DNA of 64,000 nucleotides, taken from positions 26,846,001 through 26,910,000 of the forward strand of contig OX597832.1 in assembly GCA_951406725.2 (NCBI GenBank). Direction: 5' to 3'. Positions 31,501-45,000 of the stretch are shown piece after piece (the first letter of the stretch is position 1; each line of letters opens with the position of its first letter). The position numbers were made by a program, and so were the translations under genes. The notes below the pieces were generated by a model. It was not told the origin of the DNA. It saw only the letters and a program-made list of their open reading frames with translations, and did no database searches. Origin of the DNA: Octopus vulgaris (taxonomy: Eukaryota).

Positions 31501-34372
31501 GTAGAAGAGCGTAGGCTCGAAACGTAAAAGACTTCTTGTATTCCTGAGCGTTAAACTAATACATCTGTTTGTTTTGTACACCACCTGTCTTCATCTTGTT
31601 TTTTTCCATAAACTCTCCCTATATATATATACATATATATGAGTGAGTAGACAAATGAAAGAATGGCACTCAACACATTTATTGAGAGTTACATATATAG
31701 ATCAAAACAGTTTGATTCAAACTCCTTGGTACTCTGAGTTTCAAGTGTGATGCTAATCTTTAGCCATTGGGGATCGATTGAAAAGAAGATCGTCACTTCA
31801 TCTGCCTTCTCTACTCCCATTGCACAAAGCATTTATTGACAACATCTTAATTTATTACTGAATAAACTTATGTTCCTTAACAGTACTGACAGCTATTTCT
31901 TCAGCTGCATTTTCTTGGCTTCTGGAGTTATATCGAATACTGTATTAAAAGTCGCAATTGTGAGTATTGTATCTTCTTCCTTGATCCCTGCCTGCCTGTC
32001 TGTCTGTCTGTCTGTCTCTCTCTCACTCCCTTTCAATCTCCTTTATTTTTTTATTCACGCTTTTGTTACTCTTTTCCGTGTTTCAGTCAATTGACTGTAG
32101 CCATGCTGGAGCACCGCCTTTAGTCAAAGAAATTGACCCAGGTCTTATTCTTTGTAGGCCTAGTACTTACTCTATTGGTCTCTTTTGCTGAACTGCTAAG
32201 TTATGGGGACATAAACACACCAACATCGGTTGTCAAGCGATGGTGGAGGGGCAAACACAGACACACAAATACATGCATTATATACATATGATGGGCTTCT
32301 TTCAGTTTCCATCTACTAAATCCACTCACAAGGCTTTGGTTGGCTCGAGGCTATAGTAGAAGATACTTGCCCAAGGTGTTGCACAGTAGGACTAAACCCA
32401 GAGCAATGTGGTTGGGAAGTAAGCTTCTTACCACACAGCCACATTTTTGTTGAAATACACTGCCTTTGTTTCAGATCATCATCATTGTTTAACGTCCACT
32501 TTCCATGCTGGCATGGGTTGGACGATTTTGACTGAGGGCTGGCGAACCAGATGGCTGCACCAGGCTCCAATCTTGATCTGGCAGAGTTTCTTCAGCTGGA
32601 TGCCCTTCCTAACGCCAACCACTCTGAGAGTGTAGTGTGTGCTTTTTACGTGCCACTGGCACCAGGCAGGCGGTACTGGCAACAACCTCGCTAGAATCTT
32701 TTTACACATGACACCAGCACAGGTGCCAGTAAGGCGACGTTGGTAACGATCACGCTTGAATGGTGCCCTTTTACATACCACTGGCATGGAAGCCAGTTGG
32801 CTGCTCTGGCAACGGTCACGCTCGGATGGTGCTCTTGGCACCCTACTAGCACAGGCACAAATGCCAGATGATTTTGAAAAATAATGAAGAATTTTGTAAA
32901 ATGGCTTTGTCTTTATTAAGTTGATGTTTAGAATACAAATGACATAGAATTTTGAAGGAATGCTTTAACCACTGGATTGATACGCACAGCACTGGCCCTC
33001 GGCTCTGTCATGATCCCCCTTTATTGCCATCACTACATCACGTCCCTCATATCTACTGCACAGCCCATGCCTATCACTGCCTCGTGTCCTGCCCCACCTA
33101 CCATCTTTCCATGACCACCATTGCAACCACCAGTAATACTACCTCAATACAAATGTGTCTACCTACCTGTCTACTTCAAACAGATTTTGGCCACACCCAT
33201 ATCTCTCTTCAGTAAATCCCTTCAGATCTATTCCTTACACCAGTCCAAAGATGTCGGTCAGTTAAGCCTCACCACCTGGTTTGCAACGACGGTTTGTTCA
33301 ACAGGTAAATTTACTTCCTGGCATTTAACAGTTTTTCTTAAAAAAAGTTGTTTTCTTAAATTCTAATCCATCATCATCATCACCATCAACATCATCATCA
33401 ACATTATTATTTGGATTGAGACAACTGGGTGCAGCTGTTTGGGCGCTAATGATTCAGTATGGCTGACTGGACATTCAATCTGTTTTGGCTGGGGTATGTT
33501 TTGGTGCTAGAGGCACACACACACATATGCACAGATAGACAGAGTGAGAGAGAAAGAGAAGAGGAGAGAGACATTACAGTTTATTAGTTGAACGTAAACA
33601 TAAAGAGAAATGGACTCACACATGCAGAGAGACAGACAGACAGAGGGAGAGAATGGCTGAAACATTCAAATGTTGGATGCGGAATAAGTCAGTTGAATCA
33701 GCAATGCCAGATTGGTGGCGCCAAAACAGCTGTTCCAAAACATACCCATTATTATTGTTATTATTATTATTTCTATTGTTCAAATTCCACAGAGGCTGAC
33801 TTTGCTTTTCATCCTTTTCGGGGTCAATAAATTAAGTACCAGTTCTCCTGTCACTACATTCTGAGTTCAAATTCCACCGAGGTCAACTTTGCCTTTCATC
33901 CTTTCAGGGGTTGATAAAATAAGTAACAGCTGAATACTAGGGTCGATGTTATTGACTCATCCCCATGAGATGCCCTTGTGGAAAAAATTTTGAAATAATA
34001 ATAATAATAATTATCATTATTATTATTATTAAGGTGGTGGGCTGGCAGAATTGTTGCTATGCTGGGCAAACTTAGCTTTTCATCCCTTCAGAGTTGATAA
34101 AATAAGTACCAGTTGAGTACTGGGGTCAATGTAATTAATTGACTTACCTCCCCACCTCAAAATTTCTGGCATTGTGCCTTTAGTAGAAAGATTTATTATT
34201 GTTATTATTATTAAGGTGTTAACACGCCGGGCAAAATGCTTAGGGGGAATTTTGTCTGTACTTACTCAACCCCTCCCCCAAAATTGTTGTCCTTGTGGCA
34301 AAATTTGAAACCATTATTAATATTGCATATTATTATTATCATTATTACTATTATTATTATTGCATATGATTA

Positions 34373-34407
<35 letters not shown>

Positions 34408-34733
34408 GATTATTATCATCATCATCATCCTTATTATTGCATAATTATTATTATGATTATTATTATCATTAACATTATTATTATTATTGCATATTATTAT
34501 CATTATTATTATTGCATATTATTATTATTATTATTATTTGAAACCATTATTATTGCTATTATTATTATTATCATTTTTCCTTTGTTTGCATAGCTCGTCT
34601 TTTAACCTCATTCCATGAAACTGGAGACCATGCAGTATCCATCAACTTCCTCTGCAGCATTCTGCTAAATCTCGTCATAATGGCACAAATAGTTTACTAC
34701 AACCGGGTCAACAGGAAGGAGAAACTACCATGA
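28567..34733 (+). CDS. SLC66A3: PQ-loop repeat membrane protein, SLC66A3/PQLC3-like, complete, 6 exons, 218 aa
   Basis: Exons 28567-28739, 30152-30234, 30772-30844, 31893-31959, 33184-33304, 34594-34733 total 657 nt, open from ATG to TGA. Translation includes FIKMPQIKNILHAKKAKSVSL (PQ motif), YPFTSYSEYIFLVPQDLILL, SKSLQIYSLHQSKDVGQLSLTTW and ARLLTSFHETGD, matching the PQLC3/MPDU1 family. Confidence 0.88.
30845..31892 (+). other. U12-type (minor spliceosome) GT-AG intron, intron 3 of SLC66A3
   Basis: 5' site GTATCCTTTT at 30845, branch site TTCCTTAAC at 31873-31881, acceptor AG at 31891-31892 with no polypyrimidine tract; the junction keeps the reading frame. Confidence 0.85.
31292..31620 (+). 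repeat. Tandem ~150-bp direct repeat separated by (TA)n, each unit with a variant minimal hammerhead-like motif (Penelope pLTR-like)
   Basis: CTTT-CTGTAGA-A-GAGC(GTAR)GCTC-GAAACGTA-AAAG at 31314-31349 and 31495-31530. Confidence 0.6.
34312..34572. repeat. Degenerate (ATT)n microsatellite
   Basis: Seen directly. Confidence 0.9.
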
Positions 34734-36653
34734 GGTAAAAAAAAAACCCAAAAACAACTGCTTAGAAAGAAAGGGAAAAAAAAGAGAAAGAAAATGAATG
34801 GAAGTCTTTCTGAAGTCTTGCTTCTTCCCTTCCGGTAATCTCTATTCTAACAATATTTATTACTTGAAGAATGGATGATAAATTCAAGCACCTGCTGAAG
34901 TTCTAATCAGATACGGTCCTGCAGACATATGCAAATTAATATCTCCATGAGAAAAGAAGTTCTCTTAAATGCTTTATATAAAAAAACTATATTGACATAC
35001 TTCTAACGCACAAAATAAATTATAATTTTGTATTATATATAATGTTTGTATGTATATAATATGATATATAATGTTTGTATGTGGCGCAGGAGTGGCTGTG
35101 TGGTAAGTAGCTTGTTTACCAACCACATGGTTCTGGGTTCAGTCCCACTGCGTGGCACCTTGGGCAAGTGTCTTCTACTATAGCCTCGGGCCGACCAAAG
35201 CCTTGTGAGCGGATTTGGTAGACGGAAACTGAAAGAAGCCCGTCGTGTATATATATATATATATATACATAGGCATAGGAGTGGCTGTGTGGTAAGTAGC
35301 TTGTTTACCAACCACATGGTTCCGGGTTCAGTCCCACTGCGTGGCACCTAGGGCAAGTGTCTTCTGCTATAGCCTTGGTCTGACCAAAGCCTTGTGAGTG
35401 GATTTGGTAGACGGAAACTGAAAGAAGCCTGTCGTATATATGTGTACGTGTATGTTTGTCCTCTCAACATCGCTTGACCGATGCTGGTGTGTTTATGTCC
35501 CCGTCACTTAGCAGTTCGGCAACAGAGACCTATAGAATAAGTACTGGGCTTACAAAAGAATAAGTCCCGGGGTCGAGTTGCTCGATTAAAGGTGCTGCTC
35601 CAGCATGGCCGCAGTCAAATGACTGAAACAAGTAAAAGAGTAAAAAGTAGTACATGTATGGACATGTGTCTGTATGTCTGTACGCATCATGTGTCTCTAT
35701 GTTTTTTATCAGGACAGTGAATGCTGAATTTTTTTGTCCTTGATCTGGCCACAGTCTCTTGACTGGAACAACCAAAGGAGATAGAAACCATAGGCACGCT
35801 TCCTCTTGTCTCTTCCATTTATTCTAACCAAAAATATTTCAACATTTTTTATTTCTAGTTTTTCCTCAAGGATTGGCTTTGGTCGGCCTGAGGCTGTTGT
35901 AGAAGACACTTGCCCAAGGTATCACACAGTAGGACTGAACCTAGAACCATGTGGTTGGTAAGCAAGCTACTTACAACACAGCCATTCCTGCGTATATATA
36001 TATATATATATATTTCAATATTTCACTTAAGTATATATCTCTTTACTACCCACAAGGGGCTAAACATAGAGGGGACAAAGGGATTAGATCGATTACACTG
36101 ACCCCAGTGCATAACTGGTTCTTATTTAATCGAACCCGAAAGGATGAAAAGCAGTCTACCTCAGCGGAATTTGAACTCAGAACGTAACGGCAGATGAAAT
36201 ACCGCTAAGCATTTCGCCCGGCGTGCTAACGTGTCTGCCAGCATGCCGCCTTTGTATACTTTCACTTAAGTATAGCGATACTAATAATCTGGTGTTAGAA
36301 CTTGATATACATACACTTCAGAAAGAAACACGTGTATCATACTAAAAGTAAACACATCACAACACCCCGTCACACACACAGCCACACCTATGCCTCTATA
36401 ACAATCCAATCAATATTTCTTTAAAAATAAGAAGAAATTGTAATTCAGATAATTTCCATTTATTTTCTGAAATATTCCATCATCATCATCATCACTGTTG
36501 TAACAGTCATCAGGAAATAACGGTGGGGGCTGTTTTTTTCTTTATTATTTTACAAAATTTTATTGGTGTGGGTGGATGTTTTCGAATTTAAATAAAAATC
36601 TTGGAAATTTAATTCAAAAGGTTTGGAGGAGAAAAAAAAGCAAAGCTAATAAT

Positions 36654-39492
36654 TTAAGGTTGAATTTTATGGTTTGGTAATTTAGTGAGAGTCTCCTTAA
36701 ATTCGTCAATATTTGTAATTTTAATACATTTAGCTTCTGTTGGAGACGGTGCACAGTTGCAGGCCAACATGGTATAGGCAGACTGAATGCCTTGCACCAA
36801 TGTTGTGTCCCCTGATGCTTCAGGGTTCGTTTCCACATTTGATGAGGCATCATTCTTCTTGTTCTTCTTCTTCTTCTTCTTAATGGATTTCTTGCCAATA
36901 ACCTGCAGATGCAGAAAGAAAGAGAGAGAGATTGAGTCGTCTTTATAACTGGGGTAAGCAACAGGGAGGTGGTGGTTGTGGGATGGAGAATGGGGCTCGT
37001 GGGGTCGGAGCGTAACCCATCTCTCTGCTTCATCTCATGTTTGTATTTCGTCCTTGTTGTATCTCATTCGATTTCATTATATTTTGTAAAATTTTAAAAG
37101 TCATATAATCATTGTGTGTCTGACCCCAATCAGGCCGTATTGTCCCCCTCTATGTTTGGGCCCTTGTGGCTAATAAAGAAATTGGTTGTGGGATGGAGTC
37201 AAACCTTAGGACTCAGGACTGGTTTCTCAGTTTCCGTTGTGTTCAAGGGACTGAGATCTTGACCTTCTCTGCTGGACAGAGTGTCATACAACTGAGTGGA
37301 CTGGAGTAATGTGAAATGAAGTGTTTCGCTCAAGAAAACAATGTACTGCCCAGTTCAGGAATTGAAACCATGACCTTGCAATCATGAATGCAACACCCAA
37401 ACCAATGGGCCACACACCTTCATAAGGTTAAATAATGAAAACGAGAATTTACTGATCAAGTGAAGAGACGCGACAAGATGTTGCTTGTTTGGTAATGGCC
37501 TGCAGTAACCAATGGCAACAGGTCAGCAGTTTGGTGTAGAGAGCTGCAGTAACCAATGGCAACAGGTCAGCAATTTGGTGTAGAGAGCTGCAGTAACCAA
37601 TGGCAACGGCTGGGTGGAGTAGAAGAGGTGAATGAGAGATTAACTTACCTGCAGACTGACCACTCTGCATTCGTTGAGTAAACATTTCTTGACATAATTG
37701 ATAAAGTCGTCGTAGGTGATACGATGTAAGGCTTCAACCTGAAGTAAATACAAATATGAGGGTGGTTTTAGAATTTCTTGAATTGGGATTAACAGTGTGT
37801 ATGGGGGGCCCCATAGTGGGGCACCACATAAAAAAACCACCCAGTACACTCTGTAAAGTGGTTGGTGTGAGGAAGGGCATCCAGTTGTGGAAACCATGCC
37901 AAAACAAACAGTTGGAGCTTGGTGCAGCTCCTGTCAAACCGTCCAACCCATGCCAACATGGAAAACGGACGTTAAGTAATGATGATGATGATGATTGATA
38001 GATTGTGAAATTATTTTGCCAAGTGTCAAAAGAGAAATTTAACATTTCAAATCCCAGTTTAATAATGTCAGGGTTATTTTACTAATTTCTTAGTCTGTGT
38101 GTTTCAACAGGAATATGGTAGCAAGGCTTAAAGAGGAGATGGTCATGGGTGGAACACATTTCCAACTAAACAACAAAAAGATAGTGGAGAGAGTACATAC
38201 AACAGTGTACTCCATACAATAAAGGACTACATGTCAGAGTATTCCGAGAGATACTCAGCTAGAATTACACTTCACCATTTGGCTGGGTAGCCATAGGAGT
38301 GAGGTGGCTACCCTAGAACAGTGAAATCAAAAGCAAGGACCCACCTCTTTCTCCAGACGATTAAACACATAAATTTGGTAGAAGATTTCGTGCCAATGTC
38401 TTCTCGCTTCCTCTGCTAGTTTCGTGTCTTCACATTTTTTGGCTGTGATCAAACTTTCTTTCTGGAATGGTAAAACGATTGAATAAGTATTGGATTTCAA
38501 CACTGAAGAATATTGAAACGATTCTGTAAAATATTGAACAGTGCAGTTTGATATTGTTTAGCACTGAAAAATATTGGAACAATTACCACATCGTGTTGTA
38601 CAAGACTGAAATATTGGCACATTATTGTAAAACATGAAACTAAAATGTAACAATAGTGTAAGGTATTAGAACAATATCATATAAAATTCATTGTATGAAA
38701 TATTGGACAACATTTAATATCTATTGTTGTGTGTGTACGTACGTACATACACACACAAAGATAGATTATTGGAACGATTACCGCATCGTGTTGTACAAGA
38801 CTATAAAATATTGACACGTTATTGTAAAACATGACACTAAAACCTAACAATAGTGTAAGGTATTAGAACAATATCATATAAAATTCATTGTATGAAATAT
38901 TGGACAACATTTAATAATACTGTATGATATTGTAAAATAATGTTCGACGCCCACTCAGTTGTATCTATCAATTTATCTTGTGTGTGTACGTACATACTCT
39001 CACAAAGATAAATTGATAGCTGTATGTATGTATGTATGTAAAAACGAGAAATACCGCTAAGCATTTCGCCCAGCGTGCTAACGATTCTGTCAATTCGCTG
39101 CCTTAATATACTAGAGAATATTGAAACAATAGTGTGTAACATTGTGCAGTATTGTGTAATATTTTAAAAGAATAAGGCAGCGAGCTGGCAGAAATGTTAG
39201 CATGCCGGGCGAGATGCTTAGCGGTATTTCGTCTGTTTTTATGTTCTTAGTTCAAATTCTGTCGAGGTCAACTTTGCCTTTGATCCTTGCGGGGTCGATA
39301 AATTAAATACCAATTGCGTACTGGGGTTGATCTAATCAACTGGCCCACTCCAAAAATTTTGGGCCTTGTGCCAAGGGTAGAAAAGAATATGGAAAGGATT
39401 GTGTAAATGCAAAGTCAGGAGAATAAACAGAGAAGATAGACATAAACACAAATAAGTAGGTCTGTGTGTGTACATGTATGTATGTATGTATG

Positions 39493-39528
<36 letters not shown>

Positions 39529-42041
39529 TTCATGGGTAGCTAGTTGGAAATACTCACCAATGACTGGAACTCTTCTGTTGTCAAATTAACCATCATATCA
39601 ACAAAATCCTTTATGAAAGCATAGGCTTTGTTATTGACAAGTTCAGGGCTGAAAAATTCCATACAAGAAGGTAAGTGGCCACCACCCACAAAATATCATT
39701 GTGGAATTATAAAATATGAAATGTAAGCATTTAGTTTATGCTTGCAATGCCATAGAAAGATTATTAAAACTAGGGACAGGCATGGCCGTGTGGTTTGAAG
39801 TTTATTTCTCAATCGTGTGGTTCCAGGTTCAATTCTACTGCAGGTCACCATGGATAAGTCCCTCTACTATAACCTCGAGCCGATCGATGCCTTGCCAGAG
39901 AAATTTGGTTGGCAGAAACAGTACAGAGGGTCATCACATATATGAGATGGCCCAACATTTTATCTTGAACCATCCAAGCCAAACAAGCATTAGAAAAGGG
40001 ACATTTAATGATGATATATGCTGTACAGAAGCCCATCTTGTGCATATTGTATCAAAGCAGCTAGTACACTCTATAAAGTGGTTGGCATTACGAAGGGCAT
40101 CCAACCATAGACACCAAGCCAAAATGCACAATTGGGGCCTGGTGGAGTTTCTCTGACTTGCCAGCTCTTGTCGAACTCTCCAACCCATAGCAACATTAAA
40201 AAAAGAGGATCTTAAGTGATGCCCATGGGTATTTTGTATTAAAGCACTGGTGCTAGTATTACGTAAAAAGTGGTTGGTATTAGGAAGGGCATTCAGCTGT
40301 AGAAAGCATGCCAAAACAGACCGGGTCCAGTTCTCCGACTTAGCAGATCCTGTCAAACCAGCATGGAAGATGGACATTAAAAGATGATGATGATGATCTT
40401 TACATCACCATCTGAGGAGAGGAAACATTTGTTTACATTTCCCACAAACAAGACATTCTTTAGTTTAACAATTTCGTGAGTTTTTCATGAGTGAAGACCA
40501 TCATCATCACCATTTAACGTCTGTTTTTCCATGCTGGCATGGGTAGGATGGTTGATAAGGAGGTGTCAAGTTAGAGGACTGCACCAAGCTACAATGCCTG
40601 CTTTGGCATAGTCTCCATAGCTGGATGCCCTTCCTAACACTAACCCCTTTACAACGTACTGGGTGCTTTTTTATGTGGCATCAGAACCAACGGAATAAGA
40701 TATGCTACACTTGAAAAATAAGGCTATTGAAAGGAAGAGCATTTGACCACTGTATTAACTCAATAAAACTCGCCCAACTCATGCCAGCATGGAAAACGAA
40801 AATGACATAAAAATCATGATGGTGACAAACTGGTTGAAGGTATGAAGCATGGACCCTTGTGAAACAATTGATTCTGAGGCAGAAGGCCATAAATTATGTA
40901 GGGAGGATGTTAGTCAATTCCACTGACCCCCAGTATATAGCAGGTATTTCATTTCATCAATCATCCTGCACCCTTCGATGCAAAGGGTGATATATAAAAA
41001 GCTGGTCTCAGTGAGATTTGAACTCAGAATGTAAAGAGCTGAAATACTATAAAGCATTTGATCTGATGCTCTAACAAGTGCACCGAACCCCAGCCCTTTA
41101 GAAATAAGGGATCGTGAAATAGGGTGAGATTCCCTCACAACCAGTAAGATGCAGGCTGAGCATGAGAAGTTCTGTGTGGACCATGCTGTTGTTAACACAC
41201 ACACACATGATGATGATGATGGGGTATATTTACACACATTCACACTGTAGAAACACTGCCAGATCAGACTGGAGCCTGGTGCAGCCTTCTGGCTTCCCAG
41301 GCCCTGGTCAAACCGTCCAACCCATGCTAGCATGGAAAACGGACGTTAAACGATGATGATGATTCACACACAACAAATGCTTTAAGACTGCAATAAAACA
41401 GGACAAAAGATCAGCATCTAATCAAGCATTCAGTTATAATTAGTAATTAAGGGGTGATACTAGAATTGAGGGCAAGCATGCCTTACCTGTACTTGTGTGC
41501 TTGAAATTCAATGACAATAGAGAATCCAAGAATTCCTCTGCGAACTTCTTCGGAAACAGAAACACTGTAACCGAGTTGGTGTTTGGTCCGCAGAATATCA
41601 AAGAGGGGCTCATACATGCGAGTCTGCGGAGAGAAAACGAGGAGAGGAGGTGAGTGGAATGTTCCATTTTGGTTTGATGGGGGCAAACAGGCGAGAGGAA
41701 GTGAAGGCAATAATCAGGTATTGATCAATAGATGGTGTTGGGATTGGAGTGGAAGACGTGGGGGTGATGGGTGGAATGGTGTCTGGTATTTGATTGAGTT
41801 CACAAGAGACATATGGAATGATTGGGTTTTTGTTTGACAGGTGCAGGTGCGACATAGGTGCAGGTGTGATGTAGGTGCAGGTGTGACGTAGGTGCAGGTG
41901 TGGCTGTGTATCTCTCAACCTCATGGGTTTAAGTTCTGTCCTACAGCTTGCCACCTTGAGCAAGTATCTTCTACTATAGCCTCAACCAAAGAATTGTGGG
42001 TGGATTTCTTAGACAGAAACTGAAAGAAGCCCTTTGTGTAC

Positions 42042-42098
<57 letters not shown>

Positions 42099-45000
42099 AC
42101 TGTGACTGACCAGGGTATCAGATGTTGCTACACAATGTGCTTTGCATTGTTTTAGCCTTCAAATGACGCCACCCCGCTGGCTAAGCAAGCAGGTCAACAG
42201 AAGAAAGCGTGAGAGAAAGTTGTGGTGCAAGAATACATATATGCGACTTCCTGCAACTCCTGAATCGATTGTGTGTTTTATTATAAAAGTGTTGGGACTC
42301 ACCACCAGCATCTCGTTAAGACAACTGGTAAAGATGCTGCCAGGATCAACTTGGTAATACATCAAGATGGTAGAGTGGGTGCTGTCCTGGTTGAAACTCT
42401 GGACTTGGCAACAGAACTGACCAATTGGTAATTGCAGCAGACAATTCTGGAAAGGAAGAACACAGAAAGGAGAATTAGAGACAGACAGAGAGAGAAATGG
42501 TGAGAAAGAGAGAAAACAATGCCTGACTTTTTAGCATTTAAATTCCTTTACCAAATGTAATTCTTTAATTATTTTTCATTGTTTTGAATTAATTATGTAT
42601 TATCTCTAAGTTTTGAGATTTTGATAATGTGATTGTTTATTTTTACAATGACATTGTAGGGTAAGTGTGAGAGGCTGGATCTGGTTGGTTTGAACATAAA
42701 AGAATTAAAACAAACAGGATGTGGCTGGTTTAAATGTTAAAGAGTTAAGGTCAGAAAGGGTTACAGAAAAAAGAAAGAGAGTGAGTTCTGGAGTCCAAGA
42801 CATTTAGAGTTGAAGGACAGACTGGAAATAATGTTACCATTTCCTGCAAAAAAAAAAAAACTGTCATGTGTTTGCAGTGTTGCCTCAAAACATGTCTGGC
42901 CATTGAATTGTTCTTGTTTGAAGAACTTGAGAGAAATATTATCTTGTTTGGAAATAGGTAAGTGTGGGTGACAGGAAGAGCATTCAGTGATGATGATGAT
43001 GATGCTTGATGGATGCTGTCAGCTTCAAAGATAAATATTGCAGTTGTACAACCAACACATAAAATTGTAATTAAAGTGGCTGAGTATTCCACAGACACAT
43101 GAAATGCTCAGGTAGAATCGGTATGGCTCAGAGTATGACTAGGCTGTACTACACGAATTACAAATACCATCCATTTGATAGGCTTCTCTACAGTTTCCAT
43201 CTACCGAAGGCGTGGGTCAATCTGAAGTATTACACAGTGAAATTGAACACTTGACCTCGTGATTCCAAAGCAAACCTTTTAACTCCTTGGCTGCACTGGC
43301 ATCCAAGATTGGTTTGGCAAAACTATTGAAGTATTGAAGAACATGCCTTGTTGTGTTTAGTTACAGCTCTTTATGTTTCGAGTTCACATCCCTCCCGAGT
43401 CAGCTTCACCTTTCATATACCTTACAGTGTTGAAATCATAAGGTACCAGTGAAATACTGGGCTCAATTAATTGACAATATCCTCTCCTTTTAAAAAACTT
43501 GTGTCCTCACAAAGCCGTCAAGCATTTTAGGGGACGTAACTGGAACAGACATTTTCATGAATTACCTCCCCCTCAGTCACACTTCTGCTGAAACATCATC
43601 ATCATCGTTTAACGTCCGCTTTCCATGCTAGCATGGGTTGGACGATTTTGACTGAGGGCTGGCGAACCAGATGGCTGCACCAGGCTCCAGTCTTGATCTG
43701 GCAGAGTTTCTACAGCTGGATCCCCTTCCTAACGCCAACCACTCCGAGAGTGTAGTGGGTGCTTCTTACGTGCCACCGGCACGGGGGCCAGTCTGGTGGT
43801 ACTGGCAACGACCTCACTCGAATCTTTTTACACATGCTACCGGCACAGGTGCCAGTAAGGCGACGTTGGTAACGATCACGCTCGAATGGTGCCCTTTTTA
43901 TGTGTCACTGGCACGGAAGCCAGTTGCCCAAGGTGCCACACAGTGGGACTGAACCCAGAACCATGTGGTTGATAAGCAAGCTATTTACCACACAGCCACT
44001 CCTGCGCCTATTCTTTCAGAGCATCCTCCACCATTGCTAATTTGGTCATCTATGTAACAAATACTATCCACAACCTCAAGAGAGCCTCCTGGGCATTTGA
44101 GAGAGTCTAAGTCCCGTGTGTATGTGTGTGTGATGAAGATATATATATATATTTGTTGTGAAACTTATTCTTACTTACTTGAAAACAATCTTCCTTGTGA
44201 GCGTTAGCATTCATCTTATCCACAAGATATCCCATCATGCCTTTAGCAGTCTGAAAAATAAACAACAGCAATTAAAAATCTCTCTCTCTCACACACACAC
44301 ATATATATATAGAGGCAAATTGGCATAGTCGTTAGAGCATCAAATAAAATGCCTTGTGGTATTCATTCTGACTCTGTATTCAGAGTTCAAATCCTACTGA
44401 GGTCACAACTTTGTTCTTTAAGCTTTCAGGTTCGCTAAGCTAAAATACCATTCAATGGAGATGAATTAATGGCATCATTAGAGAATTAGACAGGAAAATC
44501 TTGTAGTGTCTGTTGTGGCTCTTTTACACACTGATGCCAATATCAGGGACCACATTGGTACTAAACTATATCAGCCTTGCATGTACAGACAACTGGCAAA
44601 AGCCCTTTTCCCGAAACCCTTGGCCAGGTTTTGGTCTGGAATTTCATCATCATCATCATCATCGTTTAACGTCCGCTTTCCGAGCTAGCATGGGTTGGAC
44701 GATTTGACTGAGGACTGGCGAACCAGATGGCTGCACCAGGCTCCAATCTTGATCTGGCAGAGTTTCTACAGCTGGATGCCCTTCCTAACGCTAACCACTC
44801 CAAGAGTGTAGTGGGTGCTTTTAAAGTGCCACCAGCACGGGGCCAGTCAGGCAGTACTGGTAATGACCTCGCTCGAATCTTTTTACACATGCCACTGGCA
44901 CAGGTGCCAATAAGGCGATGCTGGTAACGATCACACTTGAATGGTACTCTTAACACCCTACTAGCACGGGGCTCGAGTGCCAGTAAGGTGACGCTGGTAA

